Source: an uncultured Candidatus Altimarinota bacterium (lineage in GTDB: Bacteria > Patescibacteriota > Gracilibacteria > BD1-5 > UBA6164). Taken from it: a stretch of DNA of 64,000 nt. The stretch covers positions 8,196 through 72,195 of the forward strand of contig CALLBL010000005.1 in the NCBI GenBank assembly GCA_937999345.1, given 5' to 3'. The notes below the pieces were generated by a model. It was not told the DNA's origin and made no database searches. It saw nothing but the letters and a program-made list of their open reading frames with translations. Below are positions 31,920 to 41,296 of this stretch, piece after piece; the stretch's first letter is position 1, and each line of letters opens with the position of its first letter. Position numbers and translations under genes: made by a program.

Positions 31920-31929
31920 TCGAAACATT

Positions 31930-33261
31930 ATGAAATTATTTATCATTCTTTTTCTCTCACTTTTTAGTTTTGGGAGCACATATGCTTTTACAGATATCGA
32001 AAATAACTGGTATAAACAGTCTATCCTAGAGCTCAAAGAATCAGGAGTAATTAATTGATTTAATGACTGAACATATCTTCCAGAAGATAAAACCAGTAGG
32101 GCAGAGCTTCTCAAAATCATTCTGAACTCAGCTGGTATAGAGATTGTAGAACCTGAAGAATCTTGTTTTACAGACATATTCATGTGAAACTGGTTTACTA
32201 AGTACATATGTACTTGAACAAGTTTATGAGTAGTTAACTGATATAATGATTGAACATTTAAACCAAATAGTAAGGTCAGCGTAATAGAGGCATTAGCATT
32301 TTCAGCGAGAGCATTTGAGATAGATCTCTGAGAAACTCCAGAAGGGGAACAGTGGTTTGAGAGGTATCAAGAATTTGCTCATGATAGTAATATCATACCA
32401 ATCCATAGCTATACCGTAGATACGCTCATCTCGAGAGGACAAGCAGCAGAGCTACTTGTGAGAATGAAAAAACATGCAGACGGAGAAAGACTTGATTATA
32501 AAAGTGTCTGATGTGAAATGAATCCATCTCTAACATCAGGTTCATACAATATAGAAATAGATGGTGTTCAAAGAAACTATCTCCTCTATGTACCGAGTGG
32601 AATGAGTAAATGAAAAGAAATGTCACTTGCAGTAGCGTTTCACGGAAGAACAAATAATAATCAGCAAGTCAGAGACTATATGCAACTCTGAGGAGGAAGA
32701 TATGGATATAAACAAGATGATTTTATCGTAGCCTATCCTGCTGGAGTAGGAGCTGGGCCATTTAGCTGGTCACAGCAATCAAACATAAAACTTTTCGATG
32801 CAATAATCACGAAAGTATCTGAAGAGCTATGTGTAGACAGAGATGCAGTATTTACTGTTGGGCATTCACTCGGATCATACATGAGTAACAAAACTTCTTG
32901 TCTCAGATGAGATGTGGTGAGAGCTATGGTGTGAGTGGCAAGTTCTGGATATAGATGAGATTGTACCGGACCAGCTGCAAGCCTGATTACGCATCTCGAG
33001 TGAGATCCACTGGCTGGATATGCTGGATGAGTCGGAGCATACAATATAAAAAGCGAGATAAATATCTGCGAGGATGAAGAAAGAGATACGCGTGTATGAG
33101 ACATCAGATCATGTACGCAAAAGACAAGCTGTACAGATGGAAACACAGTGCTTTTCTGTAATGACTATGCAACATATTGAAACGATCAGCATAGCTGGCC
33201 AAAAGATGGGAGTGATGATATGCTGGATTTCTTTAGAGATATAGATAAATACTCAGAGTAA
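31930..33261 (+). CDS. SLH-domain protein fused to an alpha/beta-hydrolase esterase (polyhydroxybutyrate-depolymerase/LpqC-like)
   Basis: Signal peptide. Two or three SLH-like repeats (FTDIENNWYKQSILELKESGVINGFNDGTYLPED..., FTDIFMGNWFTKYI...NGYNDGTFKPN). Esterase part has LAVAFHGR...VAYPAG...TVGHSLGSYM. Frame verified line by line. Confidence 0.8.
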
Positions 33262-33276
33262 TATTGACTTTTATTA

Positions 33277-33315
33277 AAAATAACATATAAATTATATAAT
33301 TTATATGTTATTTTT
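33277..33315. terminator. Long perfect hairpin (terminator; overlaps a possible promoter TTGACT 33264-33269)
   Basis: AATAACATATAAATTA-TAT-AATTTATATGTTATT flanked by A and T runs. Confidence 0.6.
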
Positions 33316-33320
33316 ATTTT

Positions 33321-34133
33321 ATGGTAAATAAGTCAGGGGGTATTGAATCTGCTTCATGATGTCCAATGCAACAAATTAGAAACGCATCTAATGATATTAA
33401 GAAAAGATGTCATGATATGTTTTGAAAACCTAATCTAAAACTGAATAATACTCTTTGATGAATAGATGGAAAAGAACTTATTCCTTTTTTAGATATATGG
33501 TTAAAGGATATATCTACTATAGAAAAAAGAAATGATTTTACAGAAATTATTCCTATAAGTATTATATGAGAATTATGGCCATCTGATGAGATAGATATTG
33601 AAATACTTAAGAAAAAAGATAGGCAAAAGCCAAATTATCTCAGTACTTTATCATATATTATATATAGCGATTTTGTCCTTGAAAATAAAAATAATGCTAA
33701 AGATAGGCAAAGATTCTATGAGTTGACCCATATTTTTTTTCAAGCATTTGATTCAGTATTTTTGACTTGATTGTTATGAGTAAACACTCTAAAGCAATGG
33801 GAGTGAATCAAACATGAAATGAAAGAAATATTGATTGATTTGTCTCAAATTCCTACTGGTATTCAATCTACAATGAGTTTAGCATCGATAGAATTATGAT
33901 ATATGTTTGGTAGAGAATCACCTTATGTCATAAATAATATGAAAGAATTATGGGATTTTGGTGAAAGTAAATTATGAGCTCTGAAAAAATGGATTGATGA
34001 AGAAGAATGATGATACTGAAGATGTCCAGCAGCAGAGGATGGAACTCTCATGAAAGCTTTTGATATCCTTTTTGATATTTATGGAGAGTTAATTGTAACA
34101 CCAAAAGAAGAAAAACTGTTGCAATCCACCTAA
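33321..34133 (+). CDS. Hypothetical protein (270 aa)
   Basis: Table-25 ORF. No motif recognised. Confidence 0.6.
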
Positions 34134-34201
34134 AATCTATAAAATACTCTTAATAGCACTTGAGTAGCAAACAACTACGATGCTGGAGGAAGAACCCCCT
34201 C

Positions 34202-34235
34202 TGCCTTTCAGGCATCTCCCCCTATTAAGGGGAGA
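34202..34235. repeat. GC-rich palindromic hairpins of the same family as 15871-15942
   Basis: TGCCT-TTC-AGGCA (34202-34214) and TCTCCCC-CTATTAA-GGGGAGA (34215-34235). Confidence 0.6.
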
Positions 34236-34301
34236 TTAATAGGATTATTAGACCCTCTCGGAGTTACATATCTCCGTAATCAAAATACAAATAGAGTACT
34301 G

Positions 34302-34396
34302 GCTTTAGGTGGCAGCTTCATGCAAATAGCATGACCGAAAGCATATATATCTGAAAATTTCTGACTATAGAAGTTTCTAGGCATATATGCTTTTTT
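34302..34396 (+). promoter_or_regulatory. aspS leader: terminator hairpin with competing antiterminator carrying a T-box-like AGGUGGCA bulge
   Basis: GCTTT (34302-34306) can pair with AAAGC (34338-34342). That AAAGC is also the 5' arm of the terminator AAAGCATATAT...ATATATGCTTT plus T6 (34338-34396). Between them lie AGGTGGCAGC and the hairpin TCATGC-AAATA-GCATGA. Confidence 0.35.
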
Positions 34397-34419
34397 ATTT
34401 TTATATATAACTTTTTAAT

Positions 34420-36183
34420 ATGTTAAGAACGCACAAGTGTAATGAACTTACCAAGGATAATATCGGAGATGAAGTAACACTCTCTGGTTGGGTAAGCAAC
34501 AGAAGAGATCATGGTGGAATTATCTTTATCGATCTCAGAGATAGATACGGACTTACTCAAGTAGTTTTCGATCCAGAGGATGATAAGGCTTCATGGGAAA
34601 TGGCTGATAAATTTAGAAGTGAGTATGTAATCCAGGCAACTGGAAAGGTGAGAAGTAGACCAGACGGACAAACCAATCCAAATATGGAAACAGGGGAAAT
34701 CGAGGTAATTATATCAGAGGTAAAACTCCACTCAAAATCTAAAACTCCACCATTTGAACTAGATGAGCATGCAACCGAAGCAAACGAAGATATCAGACTC
34801 AAATATCGTTATCTCGATATTCGTAGAAAAAAGATTCTCGATTATATCAAGTTCCGTAGCAAGATGACTACCTATACAAGAAACTGGTTTACTCAGAAAG
34901 ACTTCCTCGACGTGCAGACTCCTATCCTTGCTAATTCTTCTCCAGAGTGAGCCAGAGACTTCCTAGTACCATCTCGTATCCACCCAGGACAGTTCTACGC
35001 ACTTCCTCAAGCACCTCAGCAGTTTAAGCAACTCCTCATGGTTGGTGGTATAGATAAATACTTCCAAATAGCACCATGTTTCCGTGATGAAGACCCAAGA
35101 GCAGATAGACATGCTGGTGATTTTTATCAAGTTGATTGTGAAATGAGTTTTGTAGAACAATCAGATGTATTTGATGTAGTCGAAGGATATCTACTCGATA
35201 TAACCAAAGATCTCTCAGATAAAAAAGTGATAACAGAAACAGCTGCAAATGATGTCATCAGAGAAGGAGGGAAGTTTTTTACTCTTACTCATCATGAAGC
35301 AGTAGAAAAATACTGATCAGACAAACCAGATCTCAGATTTGGTCTCGAGATGGTAGATGTACTTGATATATTTGCGAGAAGTACCAATGAAATATTTTCA
35401 GGTATCGCAGCTTATCCAGTAGCAAATAGAATCAAAGCTATCAAAGTACCAAATGGAGATAACGAATTCTCAAAAACTCAAATGAAAGGATTTGAAAGCT
35501 ATGTACGCAAGTTTGGAGCAAAAGGACTTGGGTATTTTCAAATGAAAGAAGACTGACTCAAAGGGCCACTGAATAAATTCTTCGCAGAAGCTGATTTAGA
35601 AGAAATAGTAAGTAGAACTGGACTCGAAGTTGGTGATGTAGTATTCTTTGGAGCAGGTGAGAGAGATCTCGTGTGTAACTATATGGGGAGATTTAGAAAT
35701 TATATAGCAGATATGTTAAAGCTCGCTGATAAAGATGAGATTTCTTTCTGTTGGATAACTGACTTCCCGATTTTTGAACAGGATGAAGATACAGGAAAAA
35801 TAGACTTTGAACACAATCCATTTTCTATGCCTCAGGGATGAATCGCAGATTTTGATAAAGAATGAAAAGATCTTCTCGATGTGATCGGATTCCAATACGA
35901 CCTCTCATGTAATGGATATGAAATTCTCTCAGGAGCTATCAGAAACCACGATGTAGATGCGCTGGTAAAAGCCTTTGAAAAAGTAGGAAGAAGTGCAGAG
36001 GAAGTAAAAACCAAGTTTGGGGCTGTATATGAAGCGTTTCAATATGGAGTTCCTCCACATGGATGATTTGCTATCGGTATCGATAGACTCATGATGATAT
36101 ATGTAGATGAGCACAACATTCGTGATATCTATGCATTCCCGAAATCAGGGAAGGCTCGTGATGAGATGATGAACTCTCCTATA
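34420..36183 (+). CDS. aspS: Aspartyl-tRNA synthetase (bacterial type); conserved C-terminal tail continues in another frame to 36239
   Basis: OB domain [84 protein letters not shown]. In-frame TAG at 36181. The expected tail LAVEQEQLDELHLEI is offset by one base. Confidence 0.9.
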
Positions 36184-36243
36184 GCTGTGGAACAAGAACA
36201 ACTCGATGAACTGCATCTAGAAATAAACGAAACAGAATAAATA

Positions 36244-36270
36244 AAAAACTCCCGGGAAGGAAGTTTTTAT
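36244..36270. terminator. Possible bidirectional terminator
   Basis: AAAAAACTCCCGGGAAGGAAGTTTTT is an imperfect hairpin between convergent genes. Confidence 0.4.
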
Positions 36271-36271
36271 T

Positions 36272-36862
36272 TTAAAGCCAACTTACTGATTTTAAGGGTT
36301 TAGGTTCTAATTTGATTCACATCTTCTTTATTGCATCATCTCATACTAAATTATCTTTTCATGGTTCTTTATATACAATCATAGGTCATACTTTTTTGAA
36401 TGTCCCTACTAATGAGTCTATATCTCACCATATACTACTTATGAATTCTTTAGTGTTAGGGGCATAATCTCCTAAAGGTAAGTTTAATCTTATGTTTGTA
36501 GGTTCAGGGTGATATGAATTAGGTGATCCATCCCAAGTGATATCATTACATCAATTCAAGATTGTGACCTCACCGGAACAATTTATGTCTGATTTTAGCT
36601 CTATTAATTCTCATATTGTCAGCATCTTAAGACCTAGTCTCTTCTTTACCTGAAAAGCATCTAACTCTAAACCAGCTGACTTATATTCTTCTGACATAGC
36701 TTCTAAGATTCTCATAGCTTTTTCTAGAGTGTCATCTATTGGATCCTTAAATCCTAAAGGATCTGATATGAATCCAGTTATAGAAATAGTAGGTTGAGTG
36801 CCTATTACTCATCTTTTATTTTTATCACTTTCATGATTTATTGTTGGTATTTGGAAGGTCAT
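36272..36862 (-). CDS. Hypothetical protein (196 aa)
   Basis: Table-25 ORF. Start and stop are in frame. No motif recognised. Confidence 0.55.
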
Positions 36863-37072
36863 ATTTCACCAAGTTATATACTATTATATAAATATATTAA
36901 ATAAAAATTCAATAAAGTCAATATATAAAGCTATTTTATTTTCAACTATAAAACCTTCTGATTAAAATACTACTCAAGTAATTTCTCACATACATTCTAT
37001 GCTTAGAGAAATTTTGTATTTTTATACTTTGTTTATATACTCTATATATAATACTTCCTTAACTTTTTACTT

Positions 37073-37207
37073 ATGTCAGTAACAAAAGACGGAAAACAAT
37101 ATTTCACAATAGAGGAATCAAAAAAAATCATAAGTTCATATATAGAAACTTCAGCAGATACGCTGATATCTGAACTCAAAGAGAAGCAAAAGAAAGCCTA
37201 TGTATAG
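37073..37207 (+). CDS. Small protein (44 aa), candidate antitoxin
   Basis: MSVTKDGKQYFTIEESKKII... Its stop overlaps the next gene's start by 8 nt. Confidence 0.4.
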   Translation: MSVTKDGKQYFTIEESKKIISSYIETSADTLISELKEKQKKAYV

Positions 37208-37541
37208 TGTTATAGTTACAAAAAAAGTTCATGAATCTATTAAATTGTTTATTGATTCATATAGAAATACTTTTCTAGAACTTTTTTCTGATACCGGTAT
37301 CTTTGATGAAGACCTAATAAGACAGCACTATATACAAAGCTCAGAAAAGTTTCAAATAGGTATATTTAATCTGATAGAAGATATCTTGTCATCAGATATA
37401 GTATTGTGAAGAAAAGAAATTTGAGTAAATGCATTCGAAATCTTGTCTCAGATATGAAATTATAGATTATTGCTTGAATATACCGAAGATAAAAAAGAAA
37501 CTATTCGTTACTTAAAAGACATCAAACTTCATAAAAAATAA
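37200..37541 (+). CDS. ParE/RelE-like toxin candidate (113 aa)
   Basis: YSVIVTKKVHESIKLFIDSY at the N-terminus and GNYRLLLEYTEDKKETIRYLKDIKLH at the C-terminus fit the ParE pattern (x-I-x-x-T...A/S..I...Y; Y-R-l-l-Y-x-v...I-x-i-x-x-I-x-H). Confidence 0.45.
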
Positions 37542-37550
37542 AAATTTCCT

Positions 37551-38459
37551 ATGCTTAGAGAACTCAAAATAAAATGAATCACATGGATAGATGGAGTGGG
37601 GCTCTCGAAAGACGAAATACAAAAAGTTCTGGCTGATTATGATTTCCATGAACTTGATATGGAAGCAGTTTTAGAGCCAAATCAAAATGCTCGTATCGAT
37701 AGTTATGATGACTATATGTTTTTGACGCTTCACTTTCCAAAGTACAACTCCAGAGCACAGTTTTATAGCCTCAATGAATTTCATATATTTCTATGAAAGG
37801 ATTTTATTATCACGCTCAGAGATTTTGAGGGGCAGCATCTCGATGGGATATTTAATAAATATAAAGCCAAACAAACAGAGGAGTATGATCTTCCAGTTTC
37901 TACCTGACTGATTCTCTACGAAGTAGTGCAAGTTATGCTGGAGAAGATGTTTAAGGTCGGGAAAAATATCAGAAAGGATATCAAAGAAATAGAAGGAAAA
38001 GTATTTACAAAAGCGAGTTCTCCACTAGTAAAAGATATCATGATCAAAAAGAGAAATATCGTCGTACTCAAGCATATGTTTACACCGCAACAATCCGTTC
38101 TCATAGGACTTGAAAATCATATGAAAAAGATATTTCCAGATGAGATAGAGGTATACTTCGAAGACCTCGAGGATAAGCTGGAAAAGATTATTACCGATGT
38201 AAAGATACTCGAAGAATACATAGAATCAGTTGAGGATGCATTTAAATCTATTATCGATATCAAGACCAATTCTACGATTAAATTTCTGACGATATTTTCA
38301 GCTATATTACTCCCTCTTACACTCATTACCAGTTTTTACGGTATGAATGTAGATTTACCATTTCAGGATAGTCCTGGATTTGTCTATGGGATGTTATTTT
38401 TTAGTATTTGACTCGTCTCACTTCTATATATTTATTATACAAATAATAGAAAGATGTAA
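37551..38459 (+). CDS. corA: CorA-family magnesium/cobalt transporter
   Basis: LTIFSAILLPLTLITSFYGMNV is the YGMN motif TM segment. Typical 300-aa layout. Confidence 0.9.
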
Positions 38460-38600
38460 GTTTACTTGCTTTTCTGTAAAAACTTATATAATCCTGATAC
38501 TTTACTTTTCATAATAATTCTATACGACTTCCGATATAGGGAGACCTCGAGAGCGATGCCAAGAGGAATAGAATTATGAAATGATATCACCTGTCAAAAA

Positions 38601-39974
38601 ATGCTCGGAAAAATTACTATTATTGGGAGACCAAATGTTGGGAAATCTAGTTTCTTTAATATGTTTGTTGGACACAAGATCGCTGTAGTCGCTGATGAAG
38701 CTGGGACTACGAGAGATATATCAGAGTTTGAATACGTAGATCCAGATACAGAACTGACTTATATAATCTGTGACTCTGGATGATTAGACTTCTCATCTGA
38801 GGCTGGAGAGATAGCAGCAGATATAGTCGATAGAACCAAAACTGCTATCGATGAGAGTGACCTCATCATCTGGCTGGTTGAGTACGATAGATTTACAGCG
38901 CTCGACGAAGAGATATATAAAACCATCAAGAAAAATAAAGACTCAGATTTCATCCTCGTTGCCAACAAGTGTGACAACGAAAATCAACTCATGGAGTCAT
39001 ATAGTATTGCTGGAAAATGAGAAAAAGAATTTTTCCCAGTATCAGTTTCTCATAACAGAGGTATCACAGAGGTAAAAGACTATGTAAAAAAACATCTCAA
39101 ATCAAAAGGACTCGATTATAAAAGAGAAGAGTTTGATGAAGATCATATCAAGCTTGCTATTATCGGGAGACCAAATGTAGGGAAATCAAGTATCATCAAT
39201 ACGATCGTCGGAAAAAACAGAGTGATGGTAAAGGACCTCTCTGGTACGACTCGTGACTCTATCGATACCAAGATGGAATACAAAGGTAAGGACTTCGTCC
39301 TCATCGATACAGCTGGTATCAGAAGACTCTCAAGAGTTGGTACGAGAAATATCGAAAACTGGTCTATCATGAGAACAGAAAGATCACTCAAAAGAGCAGA
39401 TATCATCGCAGTGGTGGTAGATGGTTTTGAATGAATCGTACAACAGGATCTCTCTATCATATCGAGAGTACTCGAAGAGAAAAAGGGGCTCGTAATCGTC
39501 GTAAATAAATGGGATAAAGTACTCGCAAAACCATGAGTTGATAAGGATCATATGATGACGAGATATATCACATATCTCAAGGAGAGAATAGAATTCCTCC
39601 CATGGGTTTCTGTAGTATTTACCTCAGCAACTGAGAAAAAGAGACTCGAAGAAATACTCGATAGAGCTCTAGAAATAGATGTAGAGAGAAGAAAGAGAGT
39701 AAAGACGAGTATCTTTAACGAATTCCTAGAACAAGTGACTTATAATCATGCTCCAACTGGGAATAAGAAATCTCATAGCCCAAAGATATACTACTGATCT
39801 CAGGTTGATACGAACCCACCGAAGTTTATGGTTTCGGTAAATAACCCAAATCATTTTCACTTCTCGTATAAGAGGTATTTAGAGAATAAAATCAGGGACA
39901 ATTTCTGATTCTTTGGGACTCCGATAACGATAGAGTTTAAGGGGAGAGGGAAGCATAAGGATAAAGTGAAATAA
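38601..39974 (+). CDS. der: Ribosome-associated GTPase Der (EngA), two tandem G domains plus KH-like domain
   Basis: [13 protein letters not shown]...GTTRD...DSGG...NKCD, and [13 protein letters not shown]...GTTRDS...DTAG...NKWD. C-terminal [11 protein letters not shown]...[18 protein letters not shown]. Confidence 0.92.
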
Positions 39975-40004
39975 AAGCTCCCTCCGACTTCGCAAGCTCA
40001 GCCA

Positions 40005-40071
40005 CCTCCCTCCATGAGGGAGGACTCTATATTTTGTGAGTTTATCAAAAGTTCCCCCTCATGGAGGGGGA
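40005..40071. repeat. GC-rich palindromic hairpins directly upstream of the DUF559 gene
   Basis: CCTCCCT-CCATG-AGGGAGG (40005-40023) and TCCCCCTC-ATG-GAGGGGGA (40053-40071). Further half-sites GCTCCCTCC (39978) and TAGGGGGAG (40091). Confidence 0.6.
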
Positions 40072-40122
40072 GAGAACTAGATACAGAATTTAGGGGGAGT
40101 TTAAAAAAGTAATGAATAAAAT

Positions 40123-40524
40123 ATGCTTGAAATTACACCGGAATTATTAAAAGAAAGATGACTCACTCTTGCTAATAATAGACTTCCATACAATCCAAAA
40201 CTAAACGATAGAGCGAAACAAATGAGAGCAAATATGACTCGCGCTGAAAAAAAGCTCTGGTTTGATTTTCTAAAAGATTACAAGCACAAGTTTCTCAGGC
40301 AAAGAGTTATTGATAATTATATAGTAGACTTTTACTGTAGTGAATTAAATCTGGTGATTGAACTTGATTGAGATTCTCATTATCAGGATTGAGCTGAGGA
40401 GTATGATGAAGAAAGAACAAATATCTTAGAATGATATGGACTCAAAGTTATCAGATTTACGAATAATCAAGTGTATGATAGTTTTGAGGGAGTGTGTGAT
40501 ATTATTAAGAATAATTTGAATTAA
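40123..40524 (+). CDS. DUF559 endonuclease-domain protein (Vsr-like fold)
   Basis: LPYNPKLNDRAKQMRANMTRAEKKLWFDFLK...FLRQRVIDNYIVDFYCSELNLVIELDGDSH...RTNILEGYGLKVIRFTNNQV. Confidence 0.85.
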
Positions 40525-40527
40525 AAA

Positions 40528-41262
40528 ATGAATAAAGATATATACGATAAATTAACTTTATTTAAAGATAAAGTTTTTTCCTACAAGGATCTCGTAAATA
40601 AAAAACTTACTGATATTGATAGGCCTTCAGAATTTATTGATGTAAAAAGAATGAATGATGAATTACTAGATTTGTTTTATGAATTGAAAGATGTCATTTA
40701 TTCTGAGTGAGGACTTCAGTACAAAGAATTACATAACGAGTATCAATGAAATTTAGGAAATGTTTATGATGTAGCTTTATCTAATTATTATAAATATCAT
40801 ATTAGCGATTCTTTAGAAATAGCGTATAGAGATTTAAAGGAAATTTTAATAAAAAATAATAATCTTATAAATATCAATGGAACTAATCCAATTGAATCAT
40901 TCAAAACTTCAGTTTTAGAAGATAATAATCTATCTTCAAATAAAGATATTCAAGATATTATCAGTGATGCAACTGAGAAATTTCTTGATAGTGAATCATC
41001 TAAACAAGATAAGAGAAATGCTATTAAGTGACTTGCTGATTGTTTAGAATTTTATAGAGAGGCAATAAAAAATACTGATTTTATAAAAGAAGATGAATCA
41101 GACTTATTTAATATAGCTAATAATTTTTGAATAAGACATTTTAATAAGAAACAAAAAATTGATTATGATGATGAAGTATTTTACGAATGGATATTTCACT
41201 CATACTATAATACCCTTAAGTTATATCTAAGATTAGTTACTAGAGATAGAGATACTGATTAA
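40528..41262 (+). CDS. Hypothetical protein (244 aa), 3 nt downstream of the DUF559 gene
   Basis: Table-25 ORF. C-terminal LFNIANNFGIRHFNKKQ is vaguely like abortive-infection C-terminal motifs. Not assignable. Confidence 0.55.
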
Positions 41263-41269
41263 AAATAAA

Positions 41270-41296
41270 AAACCTCCCTTTTGGGAGCTTTTTTAT
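41270..41296. terminator. Bidirectional intrinsic terminator
   Basis: CTCCC-TTTT-GGGAG flanked by A and T runs. Overlaps the aclA stop. Confidence 0.55.

Noticed and set aside
32733-33146. 137-aa minus-strand ORF from the track
   Set aside because: It is antisense to the SLH-esterase gene, whose plus-strand frame I verified codon by codon and which carries clear esterase motifs.
38516-38575. GC-richer inverted repeat (AATTCTAT...ATAGAATT) upstream of der, considered as a riboswitch/leader, plus the alternative der start at ATG 38556
   Set aside because: Only 8-bp AT arms and no recognisable riboswitch core. The N-terminus from 38601 ([16 protein letters not shown]) matches the usual Der start, so the extension is unnecessary.
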